Positions 25,078-32,692 of a stretch of 33,347 nt of DNA are shown piece by piece. The translations under genes were made by a program, and so were the position numbers. The stretch lies in assembly GCA_017628165.1 (NCBI GenBank), contig JAGBZQ010000123.1, positions 1-33,347 of the forward strand. Direction: 5' to 3'. The notes below the pieces were generated by a model. It did not search any database. It was not told where the DNA came from and saw only the letters and a list, made by a program, of their open reading frames with translations. The stretch comes from Kiritimatiellia bacterium (GTDB lineage Bacteria > Verrucomicrobiota > Kiritimatiellia > RFP12 > UBA1067). How positions within the stretch are numbered: the stretch's first letter is position 1; each line of letters starts with the position of its first letter.

Positions 25078-26997
25078 ATGAAAAAAAAACTTGTCGCCGC
25101 GTTTATTGCGCAAATGCTCGGAATGCTTGCTTATGGTGAGCTTATGATGACGCCGTGGGGCGAGAAGGTTACGCCCGAAAATGCATGGCGCGAATATCCG
25201 CGCCCGCAGATGGTGCGCTCCAATTGGACTTGCCTTAACGGCTATTGGGATTACGCCATTACGGATATCGAAAAAACCATGAAGCGTCCTGAGTCATGGG
25301 ACGGCAAGATTCTCGTTCCGTTCGCTCTTGAGGCGCCTCTTTCCGGATGCGGCGGGAGACTCTTGAAGCCTGAGGAATATCTATGGTATCAGCGCGAGCT
25401 GGATCTCGATCCCAAGGCAGGCGAGCGCATCCTCCTTCATTTCGGCGGCGTGGATTTCAGAGCGAGCGTTTATCTTGGTCACGATGAAGTCTCTAATGTG
25501 CCGCACTCCGGCGGGCAGAGCCCATTTACGCTTGATTTGACGCCTTTTGCGAAGAAGGGAAAAAATACGCTTACTGTTCTTGTGTGGGATCCCACGGAAG
25601 CCTTTGTGAACAGCCGTGGCAAGCAGGTCTTTAAGCCAAAAGGCTGCACTTATACACGCGTAAGCGGAATCTGGCAGACCGTCTGGTTGGAGACCGTTCC
25701 CGAGAAGTATTTCTCCGACTACGATGTAGTGCCTGATATTGACAAGGGTGAAGTCACTTTTACATTCAAGATGGAGGGCCTCACCTATGCTGATGCCGGA
25801 TTCTTTGGCCCAGACAAGGGTTCGCTCTGCATCACTTGCTGCGGCAAAAGCGTTTCAAGAGCATCCTTTATTCCTGGCAAAAGCGTGACGGTGAAGCTCC
25901 CCGAGCCTCTCAGGCTCTGGAGCCCTGAGTCTCCTGCGCTTTATGATTTTACCGCAAAATTCGGCAAGGATGAAATCAAGGGCTACTTCGCCATGCGCAA
26001 GTTTGAAAAACGCAAGGACGCCAAGGGCATCCTTCGATTTTTCCTCAACAATAAGCCCTATTATGTGAACGGAACTCTCGATCAGGGCTGGTGGCCGGAT
26101 GGGCTTCTTACGCCGCCTTCGGATGAAGCGATGGCGTTTGATATCCAGACGCTCAAGGACTGCGGCTTTAACACGATGCGTAAGCACATCAAGGTGGAGC
26201 CTCTTCGCTATTATGCTCTTTGCGACAAGCTTGGTATCCTTGTCCTTCAGGACATGCCTTCGCGCACGACCGATGCGCTCTCGCCCTATAGATGGGATGC
26301 CACTAAGCCTTACGGTTTCTATCGCCGCGAGCTCAAGGATATGATGGATAATCTCAAGAAGGTTCCTTCAATTGTCATGTGGGTTCCTTACAATGAAGGA
26401 TGGGGCCAGCACGATGCTGTCCTCACCCATTCAACGCTCGACTTCATCAAGCGCTACGATCCCACGCGTCTTGTCTGCGGCCCGTCAGGATGGCAGGATT
26501 TCGAGGGCGGAGAATATTTCGACAAGACATGGAAGCGCAAAGTCAGCGAGCATCTTCCTGAGGGCGAATGCGAAGCCGGAGACGTGGTGGATTACCACTA
26601 TTACAGAGGTCCTGCCATGCCGCCAGTCAATTCACGCCGTGTTTCATTCCTTGGTGAGTTTGGAGGTCTCGGGCATCCTGTTACCAATCATGTTTGGCGC
26701 TATTTCGATCAGGGCGGCATTCACGGCAAGACGAACAATGGTTCATGGGGTTATGGCGGTATCACTGATACTTCAACCCCGGATGGGCTCGCCAAAACAT
26801 ATAAGGGGCTTATCGATCGATTGATCCCGATGGTGGAGAAGGGGCTTGGAGGCTCTATCTACACCCAGACAACGGACGTGGAGCTTGAGATCAACGGCCT
26901 TCTTACTTATGACCGCAAGGTGCTTAAGTTCGATTCGAAGTTCCTAAAAGAAGTTCATGACGCGATTTATCGCCGTTTTGAAGAGTCTGTTAAGTAA
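25078..26997 (+). CDS. Secreted glycoside hydrolase family 2 protein (specificity not assignable)
   Basis: Signal peptide MKKKLVAAFIAQMLGMLAYG. N-terminal sugar-binding domain pattern WREYPRPQMVRSNWTCLNGYWDY, acid/base region VMWVPYNEGWG, and a candidate nucleophile region FLGEFGG. The ATG at 25078 fits the AAGG SD better than the ATG at 25072. Confidence 0.75.
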   Translation: MKKKLVAAFIAQMLGMLAYGELMMTPWGEKVTPENAWREYPRPQMVRSNWTCLNGYWDYAITDIEKTMKRPESWDGKILVPFALEAPLSGCGGRLLKPEEYLWYQRELDLDPKAGERILLHFGGVDFRASVYLGHDEVSNVPHSGGQSPFTLDLTPFAKKGKNTLTVLVWDPTEAFVNSRGKQVFKPKGCTYTRVSGIWQTVWLETVPEKYFSDYDVVPDIDKGEVTFTFKMEGLTYADAGFFGPDKGSLCITCCGKSVSRASFIPGKSVTVKLPEPLRLWSPESPALYDFTAKFGKDEIKGYFAMRKFEKRKDAKGILRFFLNNKPYYVNGTLDQGWWPDGLLTPPSDEAMAFDIQTLKDCGFNTMRKHIKVEPLRYYALCDKLGILVLQDMPSRTTDALSPYRWDATKPYGFYRRELKDMMDNLKKVPSIVMWVPYNEGWGQHDAVLTHSTLDFIKRYDPTRLVCGPSGWQDFEGGEYFDKTWKRKVSEHLPEGECEAGDVVDYHYYRGPAMPPVNSRRVSFLGEFGGLGHPVTNHVWRYFDQGGIHGKTNNGSWGYGGITDTSTPDGLAKTYKGLIDRLIPMVEKGLGGSIYTQTTDVELEINGLLTYDRKVLKFDSKFLKEVHDAIYRRFEESVK

Positions 26998-27011
26998 AAG
27001 GAAGGGAAACG

Positions 27012-28682
27012 ATGACATTGACAGATACTGTAAAGGCCGCATTCGCGACGGCCTTCCCTCTTGAGGATTTCAGTGCGCTTAGGGTGGTCCCCGCCACAGA
27101 TCCGCGCTTTGGAGATTACCAGTGCAACGATGCGCTCAAGATTGCCAAGAAGGTCGGTCTTAATCCGCGTGAGGCCGCAGCGAAGGTTGTGGAAGCGCTT
27201 GATAAAAGCGCGTTTGCGAAAGTGGAGGTGGCAGGGCCTGGATTCCTGAATCTCACGGTCAGCGGCGAATGGCTCGCCGCGAGGCTTTCCGAGCTTGATA
27301 CGGCCGACAATTCCGGCATTGAGCAGCGTGGCGCCGGCAAGAAAATCGTTATTGACTATTCTTCCCCGAATGCCGCCAAGCAGATGCATATCGGTCATAT
27401 TCGCTCTACCGTGATCGGCAACGCGATCGACAGAATTTTCCGCGCCCTTGGCTACGAGGTTATTGCCGACAATCATCTGGGCGATTGGGGTACGCAGTTT
27501 GGCATCCTCATCAAGGGCTATCGCGAGTGTCTCACGCAGGAGGAGCGCGACAATCTTACCGTGGCCAATCTTGAGAAATGCTATGTTCTCTCTGCCGCGA
27601 AAGCCAAGGAGGAGGATGGTGTCTGGAAGGACGCCTGCAGGGCGGAGCTTGTGAAGCTTCAGCAGGGCGATAGCGCCAACCTTGAACTTTGGAAGCGCTT
27701 TATTGATATTTCCATCGGTGAGTTTGAGCGCATGTACGCGAAGCTCGGAGTAAAATTTGATACGTATCGTGGCGAGTCGTTTTACAATGCGATGATGCCG
27801 GGCGTTGTGGATAGGCTCCTTGAAATGAAGCTTGCCGAGGAGTCTGAGGGTGCTCTTATCGTAAATCTTGAGTCTGAGAAGCTTGGCGTGGCTATTGTCC
27901 GCAAATCTGACGGCGGCTTCAACTATACGACCAGTGATCTGGCTTGCGTGGAGAGCCGCGTGGCGGACTACGATCCGGAGCGCATAATCTATGTGACGGA
28001 TGACCGCCAGCAGCTGCATTTCAGGCAGTTCTTCTCGATTGCCGCCAAGATGGGCCATAAGGTGAAGCTTGTCCATGTTCCGTTTGGTCTTATGAGCTTC
28101 CAGGGCAAGGCCATTTCTACGCGTGAGGGCAATCTTATTCGCCTTGAGGAGCTTCTTGCGGAAGCGAAGCGTAGAGCTTTCGAGATTGTGAAAGATCGTG
28201 GCGGCGATGAGGCACTTGCAGAAGCAATCGGTTACGGCGCGGTAAAGTACGCGGATCTCTCGCACGATCCTGGTACTGCTATCGACTTCAACTGGGATAA
28301 GGCGCTTGCGCTTGAGGGTAATTCCGGGCCGTATCTTCAGTACGCCTACGCTCGTGTTTCTTCGCTTATGGACAAGGCGGCAGAAATGGCCGTTTCCAAG
28401 GGAGAGTTCTGTATTGAAACTCCGAGCGAGAAGCGGCTTGCTCTGCAGCTCCTCGAGTTCCCCGGCGCGGTGGTTCGCGCGGCAGAGGCGTATAAGCCGA
28501 GCATTCTTGCCGATTACCTCTTCCAGACGGCGCAGCTTTATTCGAGCTTCTATCAGAACTCGCCCATTTTGAAGAGCGAGGACAGTGTAAGAAGTTCGCG
28601 CCTCAGGCTTTGCGCTGCGTTCGGGAAGGTCCTTTCCAAGGGTCTTGATCTTCTCGGTATCGCGACCCCAAGCAGGATTTGA
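27012..28682 (+). CDS. argS: Arginine--tRNA ligase
   Basis: 556 aa. SSPNAAKQMHIGHIRSTVIGNA (HIGH), DHLGDWGTQFG, a DALR anticodon-binding C-terminus, and a terminal ...GIATPSRI. Confidence 0.95.
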   Translation: MTLTDTVKAAFATAFPLEDFSALRVVPATDPRFGDYQCNDALKIAKKVGLNPREAAAKVVEALDKSAFAKVEVAGPGFLNLTVSGEWLAARLSELDTADNSGIEQRGAGKKIVIDYSSPNAAKQMHIGHIRSTVIGNAIDRIFRALGYEVIADNHLGDWGTQFGILIKGYRECLTQEERDNLTVANLEKCYVLSAAKAKEEDGVWKDACRAELVKLQQGDSANLELWKRFIDISIGEFERMYAKLGVKFDTYRGESFYNAMMPGVVDRLLEMKLAEESEGALIVNLESEKLGVAIVRKSDGGFNYTTSDLACVESRVADYDPERIIYVTDDRQQLHFRQFFSIAAKMGHKVKLVHVPFGLMSFQGKAISTREGNLIRLEELLAEAKRRAFEIVKDRGGDEALAEAIGYGAVKYADLSHDPGTAIDFNWDKALALEGNSGPYLQYAYARVSSLMDKAAEMAVSKGEFCIETPSEKRLALQLLEFPGAVVRAAEAYKPSILADYLFQTAQLYSSFYQNSPILKSEDSVRSSRLRLCAAFGKVLSKGLDLLGIATPSRI

Positions 28683-29362
28683 CAGAGGTGAGCGCAGCTG
28701 AGATTCTAGGATATCGGTTTGCTGACGCCGCCTTGCTTGACGAGGCGCTCACCACGCCGTCATTTAGAATGACTACGCCTGAAGCCCGCGACAATCAGCG
28801 TCTTGAGTTTTTGGGAGATGCTGTCCTTGGCCTTTTGGCTACAGACTGGCTCTACACCCATAATCCCGCTTCAAAGGAGGGGGAGCTTACGGGCAACCGC
28901 CAGCACATGGTTTCCACGGCGGCGCTTTGTGGAGCCGCGGCTAAGGCGGGATTGCCCGCGCTTTTGAAGCGCAACAAGGGTGCAAAGGAGCTACCGCATA
29001 ATTCCAAGACGATTGCCGATGCCGTGGAGGCGCTGATTGGCGCGGCGTGGCTTGATGGCGGCATGGCTGCGGCGAGGACGATTTTTGATAATCTCGCTTT
29101 GACAGACAATTCCTCGCTCGGCGAGCTTGACGGCAATCCGAAGTCTGCGCTTCAGCATGTGACGCAGGCGCTTCACCCGCCGCGTATGCCGAGTTACAAG
29201 CTTTTGAACGTGGCGGGTACGAGCGATAAGCCGATTTTTACGGTGGAAGTTTCCGTTGATGGCATCGGGAGCGCTTGTGGCGTTTCAGGAAGCCGTAAAA
29301 ACGCAGAGGCGCAGGCGGCGGAGAAGCTTCTTGCCGCTCTCAACTCCAACAGTGGCAAGTAG
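28679..29362 (+). CDS. rnc: Ribonuclease III
   Basis: Signature NQRLEFLGDAVLGL, then DAVEALIGAAWLDGG, and a C-terminal dsRBD (NPKSALQHVTQA...FTVEVSVDG...GSRKNAEAQAAEKLL). The TTG at 28679 overlaps the argS stop. The GTG at 28688 is an equally plausible start, with AGGA 10 nt upstream. Confidence 0.9.
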   Translation: MTEVSAAEILGYRFADAALLDEALTTPSFRMTTPEARDNQRLEFLGDAVLGLLATDWLYTHNPASKEGELTGNRQHMVSTAALCGAAAKAGLPALLKRNKGAKELPHNSKTIADAVEALIGAAWLDGGMAAARTIFDNLALTDNSSLGELDGNPKSALQHVTQALHPPRMPSYKLLNVAGTSDKPIFTVEVSVDGIGSACGVSGSRKNAEAQAAEKLLAALNSNSGK

Positions 29363-29950
29363 ATGATATACGATTTAGTGGAAATTTTCGAGTCGCTTCA
29401 GGGCGAGGGTAGAAATATGGGGCGGCCGTGCGTTTTTGTGCGGTTTGCTCGCTGCAACTTCTCGTGTCCCTGGTGCGATACGGATGTAAAAAAGCGTTTT
29501 TCGGTGACGCTTGAGGAATTGCTGTCGGAAATTTCGCAATACAAGGCAAAGAGCGTTGTATTGACGGGCGGCGAGCCTGCTCTTGTAGAGGGAATGCCTG
29601 AGTTTGTGGCGGCACTCAAGGAGCGCGGCTATTTCATTGCGGTAGAAACCAACGCCTCTGTTGATGTTGACTGGTTTCAGTTTGTCGACTATGTGGCGTG
29701 CTCTCCCAAGAGTGAATTTCCGGACAGAATTGCGCTTAGAAGGGCTAATGAAGTGCGAGTCGTGGCATCGTCTCCCGATGTTGCCGGATTTTGCCGCAAG
29801 GTGCGCGCTATTATCGATGCTGACGATTATTATGTTTCACCGTGCGATCGTGACGGTGAGATTGATTTTGCAACGGCTAAATCTGTTCTCGCCGAGCTTG
29901 ACGGCTGGTCGCTTTCTGTTCAGATGCACAAGATTCTCGGGTTTAGGTGA
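29363..29950 (+). CDS. queE: 7-carboxy-7-deazaguanine synthase (radical SAM)
   Basis: EIFESLQGEGRNMGRPCVFVRFARCNFSCPWCDT contains the CX3CX2C cluster motif, and LTGGEP follows. The ATG directly abuts the rnc TAG. Confidence 0.85.
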   Translation: MIYDLVEIFESLQGEGRNMGRPCVFVRFARCNFSCPWCDTDVKKRFSVTLEELLSEISQYKAKSVVLTGGEPALVEGMPEFVAALKERGYFIAVETNASVDVDWFQFVDYVACSPKSEFPDRIALRRANEVRVVASSPDVAGFCRKVRAIIDADDYYVSPCDRDGEIDFATAKSVLAELDGWSLSVQMHKILGFR

Positions 29951-29970
29951 GCGCTTAAGAAGGTGTGGAA

Positions 29971-30465
29971 ATGAGAATTCTCGGTGTGGATACATCTCTT
30001 CGGTCTACTGGCTACGGAGTTGTAGATGTCGTGGGCAGCCGCCATATCGCGCTCGATTACGGCAACATCCCCAATCCTGCTTCGCGCCTCCATTCGGAGT
30101 GCATTAGAAATATCCATGTGAAAATCGCAGAGCTTATTGAGCGCTGGCAGCCGGATGTATTAAGTGTCGAGAAGGTAATTTACGGCAAAAACGCCAATAC
30201 GATGATGATTCTCGGCGAGGCTCGCGGGGCTGTGATCGTGGCGGGCGCGGCGGCTGAGAAGCCGATTTATGAATATGAGCCCCGTAGGGCCAAGATGGCT
30301 GTGTGCGGCAACGGTCTTGCATCAAAGGAGCAGATTCAGCGGATGGTGAAAACGTTGCTGGCTCTTCCTGAATTGCCGCAGAACGATGCCGCAGATGCGC
30401 TGGCTTTGGCGATTTGCCATTCTAATTCGCGGACACTTTTGAAAACAGCGAACAATCTTGTGTAA
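29971..30465 (+). CDS. ruvC: Crossover junction endodeoxyribonuclease RuvC
   Basis: MRILGVDTSLRSTGYGVV, VEKVIYGKNANT, GNGLASKEQIQRMV, and the catalytic DAADALALAICH. Confidence 0.9.
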   Translation: MRILGVDTSLRSTGYGVVDVVGSRHIALDYGNIPNPASRLHSECIRNIHVKIAELIERWQPDVLSVEKVIYGKNANTMMILGEARGAVIVAGAAAEKPIYEYEPRRAKMAVCGNGLASKEQIQRMVKTLLALPELPQNDAADALALAICHSNSRTLLKTANNLV

Positions 30466-30479
30466 CGAGGCGGCGGAGA

Positions 30480-30941
30480 ATGAGGGCGATAGTTTCGTTA
30501 GGCTCGAATCTTGGAGACAGGCGTGCGAATCTTTCGCGCGCGATAGAGCTTCTTTCCGCGATGCCGTGCACAGAGCTTGTGGCGGCGAGCAGCATTCTTG
30601 AGACTGAGCCTCAGGATGTGCCGCACGAGTTTTTGGATTTAAAGTTTCTTAACCAGGTGGCGATATTTGAAAGCTCTCTTGCGGCAGAGGAGTTTTCTCG
30701 GAGGATGCATGCAATCGAAGAGCATCTTGGGCGGGTGAGGACTGTGCGAAATGGACCTCGAACGATTGATATAGACCTTATAGATTATGGCGGGATTGTC
30801 ATGAATACGCCAGAGCTTACGCTTCCTCATCCACGCGCAAAAGAACGCGAGTTTGTGATGATGCCTCTTAGAGAAATTGAGAAAGTTGAGAAAATTTCAT
30901 TTTGCCCAAAATCGCTATTGACGGCAGAGGGAGAGGTTTGA
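30480..30941 (+). CDS. folK: 2-amino-4-hydroxy-6-hydroxymethyldihydropteridine diphosphokinase (HPPK)
   Basis: VSLGSNLGDR, ILETEPQ, FLNQV, GPRTIDIDLI, LTLPHPRAKEREFVMMPLREI. Confidence 0.9.
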   Translation: MRAIVSLGSNLGDRRANLSRAIELLSAMPCTELVAASSILETEPQDVPHEFLDLKFLNQVAIFESSLAAEEFSRRMHAIEEHLGRVRTVRNGPRTIDIDLIDYGGIVMNTPELTLPHPRAKEREFVMMPLREIEKVEKISFCPKSLLTAEGEV

Positions 30942-30947
30942 TATACT
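30918..30947 (+). promoter_or_regulatory. Sigma-70 promoter with extended -10 for tRNA-Tyr, inside the 3' end of folK
   Basis: TTGACG (30918-30923), an 18-nt spacer ending in TG, then TATACT (30942-30947), about 46 nt upstream of the mature tRNA 5' end. Confidence 0.5.
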
Positions 30948-30993
30948 ATGACCACTTTCGTGATTTTGAGGAAGGTTTCTCATGATACGAAAA

Positions 30994-31079
30994 GGTGGGA
31001 TACTCAAGTGGTCAACGAGGGCAGACTGTAAATCTGCTGGCTTACGCCTTCCAAGGTTCGAATCCTTGCCCCACCACCA
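30994..31079 (+). tRNA. tRNA-Tyr (anticodon GTA), class II with a long variable arm and an encoded CCA
   Basis: Hand-folded. Acceptor GGTGGGA/CCCCACC, with an A7:C66 mismatch. D arm CTC..GAG. Anticodon stem GCAGA/TCTGC with loop CTGTAAA. Variable arm hairpin GGC-TTAC-GCC. T arm CAAGG-TTCGAAT-CCTTG. Discriminator A followed by CCA. It closely parallels E. coli tRNA-Tyr. Confidence 0.9.
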
Positions 31080-31089
31080 TTTGAAACGG

Positions 31090-31110
31090 CCCCGCAAATG
31101 CGGGGTTTTT
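31090..31110 (+). terminator. Rho-independent terminator after tRNA-Tyr
   Basis: CCCCGC (31090-31095), loop AAAT, GCGGGG (31100-31105), then TTTTT (31106-31110). Confidence 0.75.
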
Positions 31111-31130
31111 CGTTATATGGAGGCACTGAA

Positions 31131-31733
31131 ATGGAAATTGTATGCTTAGACCTTGAGGGAGTTTTAGTCCCCGAAATCTGGATTGCGTTTGCCGAGGCCA
31201 CAGGCATCCCAGATTTCCGCAGAACTACTCGCGATGAGCCTGATTACGATAAGCTCATGCACTACCGTCTGGATCTTCTTGACAAGCACGGCTTTAAGCT
31301 TTCTCATGTTCAGGAGGTTATTTCCTCCATTCGTCCTCTAATCGGGGCACAGGAGTTTTTGGATTGTTTGCGTGAAAAGACTCAAGTGCTTATCCTTTCT
31401 GATACGTTTGACCAGTTCTCGCAGCCTTTGATGCGAAAGCTCAATTGGCCTGCAATCTTCTGCAATTCGCTTACGGTTGCTCCCGATGGACGCATCACCG
31501 GCTACAAGATGCGTTGCCCCCAGTCTAAGCTTACTACGGTTCGTGCGCTTCAGAGCTGCGGATTTGAGACTATCGCAGCTGGAGATAGCTACAATGATCT
31601 TCAGATGATTCGCGCTTCCAAGGCAGGCTTCCTCTTCCGTTCCACCGAGCAGATCAAGAAGGATAATCCCGATATCGTGGCTTTGGAGACGTATGACGAT
31701 TTTCTCGCGGCGATTCTGAAGAACATAGGCTGA
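31131..31733 (+). CDS. thrH: HAD-family phosphoserine phosphatase / homoserine phosphotransferase, ThrH-like
   Basis: Start set to the ATG at 31131, with a TGGAGG SD. The track's start at 31098 lies inside the terminator hairpin. MEIVCLDLEGVLVPEIWIAFAE..TG closely resembles the N-terminus of Pseudomonas aeruginosa ThrH as I recall it. Also ILSDTF.QFSQPLMRKL and AAGDSYND. Confidence 0.7.
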   Translation: MEIVCLDLEGVLVPEIWIAFAEATGIPDFRRTTRDEPDYDKLMHYRLDLLDKHGFKLSHVQEVISSIRPLIGAQEFLDCLREKTQVLILSDTFDQFSQPLMRKLNWPAIFCNSLTVAPDGRITGYKMRCPQSKLTTVRALQSCGFETIAAGDSYNDLQMIRASKAGFLFRSTEQIKKDNPDIVALETYDDFLAAILKNIG

Positions 31734-31743
31734 TTTTCCGACG

Positions 31744-32682
31744 ATGTTTTCGTCGTTCCTTCTTGCGCTTACAATAGCTTTCCCCAAGCCCGGGCAGACT
31801 CTTCCGCCTGTGGAGAGGACTTATATGAGCGGAAGCGTTCCGCATGGTATTACGAATATCGTTGTTCAAGGCAAGGACGTGCCTGTGTACTGGACAGGCG
31901 GCTGGGTGACGATGGTGGATCTTGTGGAAGGAACGAATGTAATAGAGGTGGTCTCAGTCTCCACCCGTACGAATTATACAATTCGCGTAGCCCGCAGAGC
32001 TTCGGGTTCTTCGGGTGCGGCGGCTGAGCCGAAAAAGTATGCGAAGCTTTCATACGCGAAGGATGAGGCCAGAAAGCATCCCGCTGGTAAAAAGCCCGCA
32101 GATTGCGTGATCGTTCTCGATCCTGGGCATGGCGGAGCGAATGATTGCGGGGCTATAAGCCCCCATGGCTATCACGAGAAGGATGCGAACCTTTCTTTCG
32201 CGCGTATTCTGAGGAATGTTCTCGTCAAGCGCGGATATCGTGTCGCCATGACGCGTGATGATGATACGGCTATTCACCGCTTGGAGCGCGGGCGCATAGC
32301 CTGTACGAATGAGAATGCAGTTGCGTTTATTTCCATCCATCACAACGCACCGAACTACAACCGCGATCCGCGCGGGCTAAGGTATATGTGCGTATATGCG
32401 TGGAATGCGATTGGCAAGGCTCTTGCCAAGCCTATTTGCGATAGGATGGGCGCAGTACTTGAGGGTGATATTCCCAATAACGGCGTTCTTGAGGCGAATT
32501 ATGCGGTGACGCGCAATCCTGAGGTTCCAAGCTGTCTCCTTGAAATCGATTTCATTACCACTCCCGAGGGAGAGGCGGCCATCTGGAACACACCGCGCAG
32601 GTTCAAGATAGCCAATGCAATTGCCGATGGTATAGATGATTGGCTTTTAGCGCCATATCTCAAAACTAAAAATATGCTATAA
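31744..32682 (+). CDS. N-acetylmuramoyl-L-alanine amidase (Amidase_3 family) with an N-terminal extra domain
   Basis: VIVLDPGHGG, YHEKDANLSFARIL, GYRVAMTRDDD, AFISIHHNA, VPSCLLEIDFIT. Short hydrophobic N-terminus (MFSSFLLALTIAFP). Confidence 0.85.
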   Translation: MFSSFLLALTIAFPKPGQTLPPVERTYMSGSVPHGITNIVVQGKDVPVYWTGGWVTMVDLVEGTNVIEVVSVSTRTNYTIRVARRASGSSGAAAEPKKYAKLSYAKDEARKHPAGKKPADCVIVLDPGHGGANDCGAISPHGYHEKDANLSFARILRNVLVKRGYRVAMTRDDDTAIHRLERGRIACTNENAVAFISIHHNAPNYNRDPRGLRYMCVYAWNAIGKALAKPICDRMGAVLEGDIPNNGVLEANYAVTRNPEVPSCLLEIDFITTPEGEAAIWNTPRRFKIANAIADGIDDWLLAPYLKTKNML

Positions 32683-32683
32683 T
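32675..32683 (+). promoter_or_regulatory. Extended -10 promoter TGCTATAAT overlapping the amidase stop codon
   Basis: TGnTATAAT at 32675-32683. The next ATG (32693) is 9 nt past the hexamer and has no SD, so the predicted transcript is leaderless or nearly so. Confidence 0.4.
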
Positions 32684-32692
32684 ATCTGCGAG

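Noticed and set aside
26967-28265. A 432-aa ORF on the minus strand, antisense to argS
   Set aside because: The explanation is the same: it is codon-aligned with argS (both in phase 0 mod 3), has no motifs and no promoter or SD context. It is a codon-usage artefact.
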